Below are positions 49,656-61,700 of a stretch of DNA of 64,000 bases, piece after piece. Source of the DNA: Naegleria gruberi (lineage: Eukaryota); assembly GCA_000004985.1 (NCBI GenBank), contig GG738875.1; one strand, 5' to 3'. The notes under the pieces are model-generated. The model was given only the letters and a program-made list of their open reading frames with translations, was not told the DNA's origin and did not search any database. Both the position numbers and the translations under genes were made by a program. Each line of letters starts with the position of its first letter. Position 1 is the first letter of the stretch.

Positions 49656-51089
49656 TTACTCATAGCATCTGTCATAATATTCATTGATTGATGAATGTGA
49701 AATACAAGCCACAAATTTTTCTCTACTCATATCATAATACTCCTTAATGGTATCAAAATTGGCGTCAGGATTACACCTCACAATGTTTGCATAGAGAACC
49801 AATTGATGAATCAATGAGTCCTTTTTCTCAATAAATTGACGATTAACAAAATTGTGAACTCTTCGTTCAGACCAGTTATGAATTTTCTCATAATCTTGGT
49901 TCCTTCTCGTATTAATAATTTCCACATACATCAATTCAGACAATATTTCATAATTTACAAGGTCATCCAAAGAGTTACATCCTTGAATGGAAATTCTCAA
50001 AAGTTTGGGAAATCTCTTCCTTGTTATTGCAGATAGAATATTCCTCTCCAATTTTCCAGTATCTATCTGTAAATAATAATTATTCTCTGTTGAAGGAAAT
50101 CTGATTGTTAAATCACGAACATTTGAAAATTCTTCGTGTCCTTCCAGGAAATTGTCATACTCCTCTCCAGTTTCATAAGATGTTACGAAAGAAAAGCATA
50201 GAAACTGAGCATGTTTCGGAATTGTAAACTGTTGATAATTCTTGTTGAAATTGATTGAAATGGCCACATAAATTGGCTGCAATGTTTCAAATATGATAGA
50301 GTCTTCTTCAAAATTATACTCCAAATCAATTAATAAACCAAGTGAGCTTGAATCCATAAAATTATCGGTAAATAAACCTTTCGAAAATAGATAACATCTT
50401 TCTAAAGTTTCATAACAGCTTTCCCCACTATGCCTTTCACTATCGAAATATGAAACCATATCAAGAGATAATATCAATGCCTTATGTAGAAACAAATCAT
50501 ACGGATCCAGTTGAGTAATTTGTTTGATTTTCTCAAATTTTGACTCTGAAACCATTAATTTCTGAACTCTTTCTTCGAATAATTTGTTCACATCCTCATC
50601 AATAAACTCATTTTCTATTTCATTCAAATCCACATCCTCAAAGGAATAACCAATACATTTCGACTTATCAATAATATCCTTATACTCTCGATTGGAATTC
50701 ATCTCAACTGCCTCTATCAATTTCTGCATTTTGACAAAAGGAATTGATTCGTAAACAGAAATGTCACCTCTTGCCAACGAAAATCCCTCAAAAGATTGAT
50801 ATCGTTTCCAATAAACAACCATCTCCAAAATATTCGAAACCTCCTTCCAGAAATCACCCATTTCAACCAGAAACAAATAGGTAGCCTTTCTTGAAATTGT
50901 TTTACACCATTTATGCACAGCTCTCACATTTTCCACATCCAAACCATTCAAAATTCTTGGATAAATCAAATTCTTAAATTTCATAATTTCATTATTATTT
51001 TGCAATAAAGAAAGATGAATCGGACCAAGCCAATATTCAAAAATACAATAACGCCAAATATCCAGTGGAAGGGAGAGAAGATGAGTCAT
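49656..51089 (-). CDS. Hypothetical protein with an N-terminal F-box-like motif.
   Basis: The N-terminus is LSLPLDIWRYCIFEYW. The 477-aa ORF is clean. The rest is unrecognised. Confidence 0.5.
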   Translation of the reverse strand: MTHLLSLPLDIWRYCIFEYWLGPIHLSLLQNNNEIMKFKNLIYPRILNGLDVENVRAVHKWCKTISRKATYLFLVEMGDFWKEVSNILEMVVYWKRYQSFEGFSLARGDISVYESIPFVKMQKLIEAVEMNSNREYKDIIDKSKCIGYSFEDVDLNEIENEFIDEDVNKLFEERVQKLMVSESKFEKIKQITQLDPYDLFLHKALILSLDMVSYFDSERHSGESCYETLERCYLFSKGLFTDNFMDSSSLGLLIDLEYNFEEDSIIFETLQPIYVAISINFNKNYQQFTIPKHAQFLCFSFVTSYETGEEYDNFLEGHEEFSNVRDLTIRFPSTENNYYLQIDTGKLERNILSAITRKRFPKLLRISIQGCNSLDDLVNYEILSELMYVEIINTRRNQDYEKIHNWSERRVHNFVNRQFIEKKDSLIHQLVLYANIVRCNPDANFDTIKEYYDMSREKFVACISHSSINEYYDRCYE

Positions 51090-51354
51090 TGATGGTAGTC
51101 GTGGTGAGAATTTTTTTGGTTTGGAAAATAAACTTTTAATGCTCGATAAAACCTTTTGTGAACTTTGTGCAATTCCGTAATTGCAAGACGAATCTAAAGA
51201 ATAATTTCCTTTAGCTTTTTTACGAGGATGAGAATCTAAATATCTTCCTTACAACATTTCATTTTGAAATAGTAAATAGACACTTAGGTTTTTAATTTAG
51301 GTTTTAACTGTACAATGTTTTTAACTTAGGGTTACAAATATTACAACCGATTGA

Positions 51355-52002
51355 TTACTCGCTTTCAGAGTCTTCATCAGAATCATCTTCAGATTCCTCC
51401 TTCTTAGTCTTCTTCTTTGGTGGAGGTGGTTGAGTAGCATCATACTTGCTCTTTTCGATATTGTAGGCAGCCTTAAGTTCAGCAGCCTTGTTGACGTATG
51501 GAGCCTTTTCAGCATCGTTCATCTTTCCCCACTTTTCACCGACGAGTTTGGCAACTTCAGTAACCTTCAAGGTTGGATTTTCAGCAACAAGACTCTTTCT
51601 GTATGTTTGAGAGAAGAGCATATAGGATGAGAGAGGTCTCTTTGGAGCATTTTCGTCCTTCTTGGCCTTTCTCTTCTTTTTCTTCTTCTTGGCACCTTCA
51701 TCATCAGATGATTCGGATTCATCAGAGGATTCTGGCTTATTCTTCTTGTATTCTTCGAATTGCTTCTTGTAGACTTCCATATTCTTCTTAGATACAGAAT
51801 TATACTTGTCCTTTTCACTGTCGGTCAACTTGCCCCATTCTTCACCCAAGAGTTTTGAAACTTCACTAGCACTCTTCTTTTCACCTTCACCCAAGGTGGC
51901 CTTTACTTTTTCTCTACGTTCGTCACAGAACAAGAAGAAACCAGTCTTTGGCCTCTTTGGGGCATTTGGATCCTTTTTCTTTGATGATTTCTTTCCGGCC
52001 AT
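51355..52002 (-). CDS. HMGB-type chromatin protein with two HMG boxes and an acidic tail.
   Basis: Box A is PKRPKTGFFLFCDERREKVK...WGKLTDSEKDKY. Box B is PKRPLSSYMLFSQTYRKSLVAENP...WGKMNDAEKAPY. There are acidic linkers and the tail is EESEDDSDEDSESE. Confidence 0.8.
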   Translation of the reverse strand: MAGKKSSKKKDPNAPKRPKTGFFLFCDERREKVKATLGEGEKKSASEVSKLLGEEWGKLTDSEKDKYNSVSKKNMEVYKKQFEEYKKNKPESSDESESSDDEGAKKKKKKRKAKKDENAPKRPLSSYMLFSQTYRKSLVAENPTLKVTEVAKLVGEKWGKMNDAEKAPYVNKAAELKAAYNIEKSKYDATQPPPPKKKTKKEESEDDSDEDSESE

Positions 52003-52249
52003 TTGTTATTAGTCGTTAATATCTAGGTTAATGTTGTGAATTTTTATTTGATGGAATTTTTTAGGCTTTTAAATTAAAAATAGTACCGTTGCAGCCAATA
52101 ACCGTTATGATTAAAATTTCGATCCACTTTGAAAGTTATTGTAAAGTTTTCAAACGATGTTTAGCGGTAGTAAAAGTGGTGACATTTTGCAATTGGATCA
52201 GATGATGGAAATAAATAATACAATTTGTTTTGTACACGGTTAATTTAAT

Positions 52250-53678
52250 TTATTTGAACAACTTCTTCAAGCTCATGTTGTGTTCGTCTCCTCTCTTTGT
52301 TACCTTAGCGACAGCCATTTCCAAATCTTCTTGAGTAACGTGGACACGTCTTTCACGCAAAGCAAACATACCACCTTCTGTACAGGTAGCCTTGATTTCA
52401 GCACCAGAAGCACCTCCAAGCATTGATGCAATCTTTCTGAGATTGATACCACGAGTCAAATTCATCTTTCTGGAGTGAATCTTAAGAATATCTAATCTGG
52501 CCAATTCGTTTGGATTTGGGAATTCAATTTTACGATCAATTCTACCTGGTCTTAACAAGGCAGGATCAAGAATATCAATACGATTTGTAGCCATGATAAT
52601 TTTGATGTTTTGTGTAGATTCGAAACCGTCCAATTGGTTAAGTAATTCCAACATGGTTCTTTGTACTTCACTATCACCACCTCCTTTACCACCTTCTGTT
52701 CTCGTACTACCAATACTGTCAATTTCGTCCATGAAAATAATAGATGGGGCATGTTCACGAGCCATGACGAACAATTCTCTGACCATTCTACTACCTTCAC
52801 CAATGTATTTCTGTACCAACTCTGAACCAGAAACACGAATAAAAGTACAATCTGTGTGGTGAGCAACAGCTCTAGCCAATAAAGTCTATTCCAATCATAC
52901 AATTATAATGTTGTTACACAATTTGTAGAGTGATCACAAGTATTCCGAATCATTAATGATGATGATGAAATACAATTATTATACAATAATAAAAAGATCC
53001 AAAGTCAATATAAATACAATCAAATAAAACAAACTCACCTTACCAGTACCTGGTGGACCATACATGATAACTATAGATTTAAAATGTTAAATAAATATTA
53101 AATACTAATGATGATCACTTACCTCCTTTTGGTTGAGCAATACCCAAGCTTTCAAAAAGTTCAGGGTGTTTGATTGGAAGTTCGATCACTTCCTTAACTT
53201 CTTTAATTTGTTCATCAAGACCTCCGACCATTTCATATGTAGCATCAGGAACCTTTTCTACTTTCATCAAACTGACCAAAGGATCAATCTTATTAGGGAG
53301 AATTTTATGGAGAGCATAGGAATCATTTCTGAGAGCAACTCTTACACCTGGTGATAAATCCTTCAATTCAATAGATTTGTCAATATCCACAATATATTTT
53401 CCTTCTTGGCTGATCTTGATAAGAACCTTCTTTTTTCCCATAACTTTAACAACTTCACCAACATGGCTTCCTGGTTCTTGGAGTTGTTGTAATTCTTCCT
53501 TCAAGCTCCTCACACGTCCGTTCAATTCATTTCTTTGTGCTTGTAAACGTCTAAGATTTTCGATTTTATCCTTTAATACAATTTCCTTCTCTTGAATCTT
53601 GGCAATGTAATAATTTTTCAATCCATTGGCTGATGGTGGTTTTGATACCAGTGTATTTCCAGAAGATGATGAGAGCAT
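52250..53678 (-). CDS. 26S proteasome regulatory AAA-ATPase (closest to Rpt1/PSMC2): join(complement(52250..52885, 53039..53070, 53123..53678)).
   Basis: Exon 1 ends ...[26 protein letters not shown]...[59 protein letters not shown] 52-nt intron follows. The 32-nt exon 2 encodes [11 protein letters not shown] (Walker A). A 153-nt intron follows. Exon 3 contains [31 protein letters not shown]...[11 protein letters not shown]...[13 protein letters not shown]...[23 protein letters not shown]. Confidence 0.85.
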
Positions 53679-54083
53679 TATTTTTTTTGTTTGATGTTTC
53701 TTCATACAATGGCATTCCGTAAAAATAGAATCTATTTTTATTTTATATTTCCAAGACAAAGGTGTACACCTTGTTTGATTTACAGAATAATCCTTATTGA
53801 TGTTAATTGTTTCATTTCACTGATGAATTTGAGTTGTTCTAAAGAGTCAAACAAATGTTCAGAAAATTCAACATTAACAATACTATTCATAAATTGACTT
53901 TTCATTCCGCGTCAGACATTTCTCTTCCATATTTCCTCCGAATTCATTAATTGATGATTTTCAAAATCATGTCTGTTTCGTTTACTCATTTTTTAAATTG
54001 GAATACTCAACATTAACCTCTGTGAAAGAAGTTGATATCTCTTTATTACCAATCATATTCAATTGTCTGACATCTTCAACTAT

Positions 54084-54108
54084 GACCATATCACGATGAA
54101 CGCATCTC
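54084..54108 (+). pseudogene. Truncated 5S rRNA fragment (positions about 8-31) 70 nt upstream of 5S copy 3.
   Basis: GACCATATCACGATGAACGCATCTC versus the 5S sequence GGCCATATCACGATGAATGCACCTC. It is followed by ATCAGTA (5S positions about 75-81) and then by the conserved 5S upstream flank. Confidence 0.55.
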
Positions 54109-54177
54109 AAAGTATCAGTATTCCCCATACGTTCACATTGTTTTCTTATTCAAAATTAAGATTTTAACAGAGTGAAT

Positions 54178-54295
54178 GACTACGGCCATATCACGATGAA
54201 TGCACCTCATCCCGTCCGATTTGAGAAGTTAAGCATCGTCGAGCCACATCAGTACTGAGGTTGGAGACAACTTGGGAACCTGTGGTGCTGTAGTC
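54178..54295 (+). rRNA. 5S rRNA gene, copy 3.
   Basis: Identical to copy 2 except CGATGAATGC. Followed by TTTTT. Confidence 0.9.
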
Positions 54296-54545
54296 TTTTT
54301 ATTTTCACTTAAGGTTCCTTTAATGGAAGACCTTCTTATTTTACATAATAATAGATCACCCCAAAATTCTGTAAAAGTGAAAGTGTTTAAATGTGCCTTT
54401 TATGGCCAGTGGAACCAACATGCAAAAATTTCGTGCGTACAATCTCATCAGTTTGAGCGCTTTGAATTTCCTTTATCTTTCCCGCTCAAAACCATTTTTA
54501 CTTTTTTCAAAATCAAAACAAAAAAGCAAAACTCAAACAATAACA

Positions 54546-55430
54546 ATGAAATTCGAAAAGAGACCATCAAAAGAAAGAGGACATTATGATGCAGGTTGGC
54601 TCGATACCTATCACACATTTTCCTTCTCCACTTATAGAGATTCAAAATTTAATCAATTCGGTCCATTGAGAGTATTGAATGAGGATTGTGTGGAGCCATC
54701 GAGTGGATTCCCAATGCATCCTCATCAGAATTATGAAATATTTTCGTATGTCTTGTCAGGAAATTTGACTCATTCAGATTCTATGGGAAATACAGAAATT
54801 TGTAAGAAAGGTTCAGTTCAGTTTACTTCTGCTGGAAGTGGTATTTATCATAGTGAGTTCAATAGGGACAAGAATGAATATGTTAAATTCTTACAAATTT
54901 GGGTGAAGCCAAGAAGCCTTGATGCGAAACCAAATTATCAAAAGATGAGTTTCTCACCAGACCAAAAACTGAATCAATTGTGTTTAATGATTGCTCCAAA
55001 GGAAAGTGCCAAATTGAAGGAAGAAGAATTAATTGGAATTGATCAGGATTTCTATGTACTTTCTAGCTTATTAGAATCTGGAAAGAAGGTCAATCATACT
55101 TTATATTCTGGTCGTCAGATTTATGTTCATGTTCCAATTATGAGTAGAACTGGATCAGTATCCAATTCTAAATCAAATGGTTTGTTATCTTCTTTACTTC
55201 GTAAGACAACCAACCCTTTTATTACCAATTATTTAAAAACTAAATTTTCAAAAACAAAAGAACAAGTTTCCATCAAACTTTCCAATAATAGTAATGGAAA
55301 TGGTGAACTTATTACATTGAATGAAGGTGATGGCTGTTCCATTCAATCAGATTCACTGTCCGAAGAGGAATTAATCATTGAGGGTGTTAATTCCATGACT
55401 GAATTTGTCGTGATGGATATGAAAAAGTAA
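54546..55430 (+). CDS. Pirin (cupin superfamily).
   Basis: The N-terminal cupin has its metal-binding histidines in context: GFPMHPHQNYEIFSYVLSG and ...GSGIYHSEFN. The first ATG is in a CAATAACAATG context at 54546. Confidence 0.8.
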   Translation: MKFEKRPSKERGHYDAGWLDTYHTFSFSTYRDSKFNQFGPLRVLNEDCVEPSSGFPMHPHQNYEIFSYVLSGNLTHSDSMGNTEICKKGSVQFTSAGSGIYHSEFNRDKNEYVKFLQIWVKPRSLDAKPNYQKMSFSPDQKLNQLCLMIAPKESAKLKEEELIGIDQDFYVLSSLLESGKKVNHTLYSGRQIYVHVPIMSRTGSVSNSKSNGLLSSLLRKTTNPFITNYLKTKFSKTKEQVSIKLSNNSNGNGELITLNEGDGCSIQSDSLSEEELIIEGVNSMTEFVVMDMKK

Positions 55431-55717
55431 TTTCTATTGTGGAACTTTGTAAATAAAACAATTCTGTGTAAATTTCTTTCAGGAAGGTTGACTGTTTTAC
55501 CAATCGAAACCCGCATCTATTTCATGTTTATGCTAATACTCATACAGAACTATTCGCAATCTATAAATCATCTTGCCACCATGGTTTTAATCTGATTTAA
55601 TTTCCACTTTAAGATTAGGATTATGAATTAGTTTGAAGTTTCTTTATCAAAGTTCAATACTTTCCACCGGGTTTGCTAACGAAGTACGGGTTCAATGAAA
55701 CTTTAAACACGAGTTTA

Positions 55718-58700
55718 TTAAGCATTAATCTTGAGTCTTCTACCGGCTTGGGCTGGTTTTTTCTTCTTGTCTTCTACCTTTTTGAAACTTAGGGTTGGTT
55801 GTGCTGAATATTCTTCTAGCTTTACAAAACTCTCTGCTTCTCTAACCTTACGATCTTGTTCTGCTAAATGTTTGATGAGTGATATACATAGACTTTTGGT
55901 ATGACATAAACAAACAGAATCAGGGATAATATCTCCATCTTCTATGGCAACAATTTCATTTTGAGAAGTAATAGGCCACAGACTATCCATAATAATATAG
56001 AAATTCAACCCAATATTTGTTTGTTGGTAGAAAGCAGGAATCAAGAACCTTATAATAAATCTTTTGAGAACTGTTGTAAGGTTATTGATATTGACATTGT
56101 TTTCTTGGCATGATCTAATAATTCTTTGCACAATATTTTCTTCCAACTCTATAGTATACAAGTCACTGAGATAATTAACTTCAAAATCAAAGATAACTTC
56201 TTCTACATATTCAAACAAGTTGACAATCTTGTTGAGAGTAAAATTAGCGAAAAACTGTTCCTTGTCATTCAAGTTGATTTTCCAATCATAGCAAAATGTA
56301 GAGACTGTAACATCAGGATTAAAGTTCACCAAATTCATGACTTCCAATAGTTTTTGTAAGGAACCTTGGATTTTTTTCAATCTTGGCAAGTCGTTGATTA
56401 GTATATTCACTTTGGTTCTTTCAGAGTCGTCCAGAGGTATTGGATTTGGAATTTTCTTTCTGGCGGCCATATCTGCATTGCTACCAAAAGATTCACCAAT
56501 GTACTTGATTTTTCTCAAGTTTTCAAAATCCAATCGCTTTTTTCCTAATAAATACTTTGAGGCCAAAGCAAATTCAATCTTATCAAAAAGGTATCCAACT
56601 GTTGTACCTTTTCCATATTCATAATTTTTGTATGAAAAAGTAATGGTTAAATCTTCCAAGTATTCTGGGTTAATAATTACCAGATCTTTCTTTTGAGCTT
56701 TTTGTACTGGAATAGTAGGTAACCCTATGATACCATTAATAGATTTCAAAAAGGCAAGATTTGCTGATTTCTCAGCATTTTGTTCTGCAATATCTATAAA
56801 ATTATTTTGTACTTCAGCATAGCCTTGCAAGGCAGCACAAATATACAACCCAAATGGCTCTTGCTGATCTTCTATCAAGAAGAATGATAGCATTTCTGTG
56901 TCAATCTTTTTCTTTGATTTAGGTTGTTTACATCCATAATTTACAGCTTTTTCTGCTTTCCATTCTGTAACTACCTTTCCATAGAGTTCTTTCAAGCCAT
57001 TAGTTTCTGCATAATACTTCATTTCTGTTTTTTCAGCAGTTGCTCGTTCAATAGTGTTATCACATTTATCCATCAATAAATTGGAAAAAGTGATAAGGTC
57101 GAAAAGGCTTTCGATGTGATGTAGCTCTTTTTCATTAGTCAAGTAGGCTTTCAGGAAAGGATACAATTGTGCATTCTCTGGATTAGACATGAATAATGCC
57201 TTCATGCCTTGGACAGAAGGAGATGATGTAATTCTAAATTCTGTAAATTTGTTAATTTGGGAATTATTTGGCGTACATGTTTCTTCAATGATTGCTTGGA
57301 GACTACTGTTTTCTTCGGACCTGGTAGAATTCATTTTTATATCTCTGATTGAGAGGTTAATGTCTCCCAGAACTCTGGAGGTATATTCTATCAATCCATT
57401 TTCGAAAATGGCTCTCTTGTCCTCTGTATCTAACCTTTCATTATTTCCAAATAAATAATCCAAATTTGAAATAATACATTGCTGCAATAGGAAGCACAAA
57501 TTTTCACCTTGTTGATCTAAAATTTGGGCCAATATATTCCAATCCTTAGCAGCTTTTTCATTAAAGTAATCAATAGGGTTATTAAGTTGATTCTGGATGA
57601 AGAAACCTCTAATTTCATCTATGCTAACTAAATTGATATCTAAGCCATTGAGGATAATTGAATTAATAAAGAATTGCCAAACTCTGAACATTGCTGGAGG
57701 GAATTGTCTTACGGTATGATAATCATCATTAATTGCAGACATTGTACATCCTTTTTCGTTGGATGAATCGGTTCCGTCTCTTTTAGCTTCATCAATTCTA
57801 CTTCCTTGAATAAGTTTGTGACCTTCTCCTCCAAGTGTTGCTCCACATGTTGGGCATCTAGCAGTACCATTAGGTTGTCCACAATTTCCAATCAAATATA
57901 CATAACCACAATTACATCTGTATCTACTGTGACCTCCATCTTTGGTGTTGATAGCCTTCAAAATACCACCTAAAATATCGTGTTCTGCTGTAACTACGTA
58001 TGTGGAACGGACTGTATTTGGATTTTTGATGAAGATGGAAATAGGGTTTTCTGGTATGCATACAGCAAGACACATAACACTAATTCTAATAACATAACTG
58101 CAATCCCTTACAGTTGCTGATCTAAGTAAGCGTGTCACAAGGTTTTTTACAGATTTTGAAAAGCTTTGGAAGCTGCTTGCAAAGAATTCCACACAGAGAC
58201 GTAATGTTGAATCGGTAATTTGTGAAAAGTGAATATTGTTAGTAATCAATCCCATCAATGTGTACAACAACTTTGGATTGGACTTTGCCTCTTGAATAAG
58301 TTCCAACATATCTCTTGTATTATTCAAGTAGTACATTTCATCAAAAGCTTTTTCTGCTTCTTTGTATCTAGGTAGTGACCTAAATATGTTATAACCAAGT
58401 GTGTCGAACGATTTGTTTGTTAAATCAACATCTAATGATCCAGAGATATCAGACTCCACAAATTCTTTAAAATCTAACCAATTATCGAAAGATTGTTTCA
58501 CACATTTGAGAAGATAATTTTTTGCGTCTTCGTCTTGAGATAAATAATTGGAAATTATTGATCCAGAAATAGTGGTTTGAAGGTCTTCTTGACTTGAAAT
58601 ATTTTTCAAATGGTGTCTAATTGATGCAACGTAGTAGGCTCTTTCAATATCTGGAACTGACTCACTATTAGGAGAATTGATTTTGTTACCTAATATTCTT

Positions 58701-61700
58701 AATTCTTCTTCATTGGTCAATTCTTGGTCTGAAACCAGTTCTTCAAGTACATCTATAAACACATAGTAAAGAGGGCAATATGGGTTATTCACAAGAAGAT
58801 TGTTTAGAACCCTCAGGTTCTCAAAATTTCCCTCCTCTAACTCTTCTATATGATCAACACAAATCTTATAGACAATTTGCGTCAAATATTTAACATCTTG
58901 GATTTCAACAAGTTCTCTACATACTACCTCCAATAACTCTTCTGTAAGCTCTAGTCTTGAAATAAATACCATCTTGGATTGGAATAGGTTTTGGGACTTT
59001 GATAAAATTTGCAATATGTTTTCTATTAATTTTGGATCTTCAAGATTGCAATCATAGCAGAGAATCTCTGTACATATTTGTTGGATTTCATATGGGTATT
59101 CCAGTAAATAGTGAGAGAAATCTTTCAAAATTTTTAACAAAGTAGCTGAAACATTCTCTTCCAACAATATTGGCAAAACTGTTGCTATTTTGTCTTTCCA
59201 TTCATTGTTAGGGGTTCTAGTTCCGTCTTGAAGCAGAGATAAGGTGATTATATCAAGTAAATCATCCAAGCATTCAATATCCTCAGGTATCTCAATAGAA
59301 TTTCCACAACAATACTTGATTAATTCTACAACAGCAAGTAATGTTTTTTGGTTATTCCAAACCATTAGTATTAATCTTTCTTTTGGAGAGAGTACTAAGT
59401 TGATCTCGAATAAACCAAGTATGATATTTTCGAATATTTGAGCGAATTCTGAGTTCAGCCCCAGTTCTTGAGCAGTGATTGTCAAAAAATCTCTTTTAAG
59501 AAGTTCTTCTGAGTAATCTTGCAGGCCAAAAACGCATTCAGATGACTCTATCAAAGAAAGAAGTAGAGGCTCTAACTGTTGTTCTTGATTATCACCTTTT
59601 TCAATACTGGAATTTTGTTTTAACATTTCCAACTTGTCTTTGAGTTCCTTATAGATTTCACATTGCCACTTACTATATGGAAGTCTCAAGCCCTTTATCA
59701 ACATAATTTTAGAATTATTAGCTCCATTATTGTGGTATTTAGCAGTGATATTCTTCCATAAAGCTCTCAACTTCGGATCTGCAATGAAAAAGGTCTCAAG
59801 AGCTGAATGTTGTTCAATGAATTTCAAAATATTGAGCAATTTTCGTTGAACAAGGTCTTGCATTTCGTTTTTGATAGCATCTATCAGACAACCAGATTCT
59901 GCAAGCTTTTTCTTGTCAAGGGCAACATGTTTCCTCCAATCAAACTGAACCTTTTGCAATTCTTCATTAAGAATTTCTCCAATAAATTGTAAAAATTCGG
60001 CATCTTCAATTATCTTGGAAGATAATGTACTTATGTATTCAATATTTACGGCAAAGTAGTCTATCTTCATTAATGTTGCCTGAATGATATCTTTCAAGAT
60101 ACTTTCAACATTGTAAAATTCACTCGAGAACATATCATGGATATCTAATAAGTTGGTCTGGTCAAAATTAGGGGACAACTCGTCAATAGTCACTTGTTTC
60201 CACCCATTCATGAAATTTAATTTCCAATCTTCATTTGCATTCTCATAAATATCTCTGGAGATGTGTAAAATGAGGAATACCTTCTTGTCAGTCCTGTCAG
60301 AGTTTTGAATATGATGATCTACAATAAATTTTACCATCGGTACAAATTTACCATCCAAATGAGATTCAAAGTGTATGGTCAACAGCCCATTTTCTTCATC
60401 ATTAAAGAAATCTTCGACTTTTTTAGCAAATTCCCTCTCTGTATTAAACTCTCTTACCCTAATGGAGGATAACCAGGTAAAGTTTAATTCTGTCAAAATA
60501 TGTGAAAAGGTCATAATCATGTGAGCAAAACCATCACAATTGTTGTAGTAGTCTAATAGATTATTATGTTTGTCTAATTGGTATCTATTCAACCAGTTGT
60601 CACATTCTTCCTTAGATACGCTGGAATATGCCAATCTGACTATACCATCAAAGGTTGAAGTTGCGATCAGTGCTTCTTTGCAAATTTCTACACAGTGTTC
60701 TACTGAGGTAGTTGAATTAGTATTTGCAAGAACCAGTGATGATAGTGTATCTGAAGAATAGGATGGAAACATGTCGTTAACAGTAAAAACGTTACTATCT
60801 AAATTAGTAATATTTTCTACCCATTCATTTAAACGCATCACACATTCATTCACTTTAGATTCACTAATATTCTCAAAGTTAAGAATTTGTTTTTCGAATC
60901 GGTTCAAAAAAGGAGGATCACAGGTTGCCAGACGCTTTTGGTCAACTAAAACTATGCATCTAAAATTCTCGTTAACGTGGCACATAGGGTTACTATGTGG
61001 GCCAATAGCAATTCTACAATTTCTTCTTTTAGCGACATAAGTATAGTTTTGATTCAGCATATCGTATAAGCTGCCATAGACACTATCTAAATCTTTCAAA
61101 ATCAATGTGTACCCTTCTTCCATACAATAAATAATCTTATTCAAAACCACATAGCTGTATTCTTCTGTCTTGTCCAAATTGAACTGACTTCCATAAATAA
61201 TTTCAGGACTTCTATTAAGGAACTCTTTGTAATAGTACGTAATGATATCTAATGCAGAATCACTATTAGTAATTAACATTAGATGTCTGGCATTCTTATC
61301 TTCAATATTTTCTTTGATTAGTTCCAATATTGGCAAGTCTGATGGTACAGATTCAGTAATTGATGCTTTTTCAAATAATATTTTCTTGAAATTCATAGCC
61401 GAAGCTGAAAGACCTCCAAAATTTCTATCTATAGCTCTACAAAGACTAACAGCAAAATTTTCTTCTTCTTCAATGATAACACTTTTGACAAGTGAGTAGT
61501 AATCTCTCAAACCATGGAAATTGTTATATTTTTTGTTTGAAATAAATTCGTAGTAGGACTTAGAAAGATAATCTAATAGAAGTTCTATTGTATCTGTCTT
61601 TTCAATATGATTATTTTCAAATAAAATTGTTTTTGCAATTTCCTTTAGCTCATTTTCATCAGCTTCAGGTCTAGAAACATGGACTGCTCTGTTCATTTTT

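Noticed and set aside
49473-49714. I tested whether the 81-aa ORF at 49227..49472 could be a 3' exon of the F-box-like gene via a GTAAAT donor after MKTFLREKEFH.
   Set aside because: Splicing at the only nearby acceptor produces a stop within six codons. The two are treated as separate ORFs, and the small one is given low confidence.
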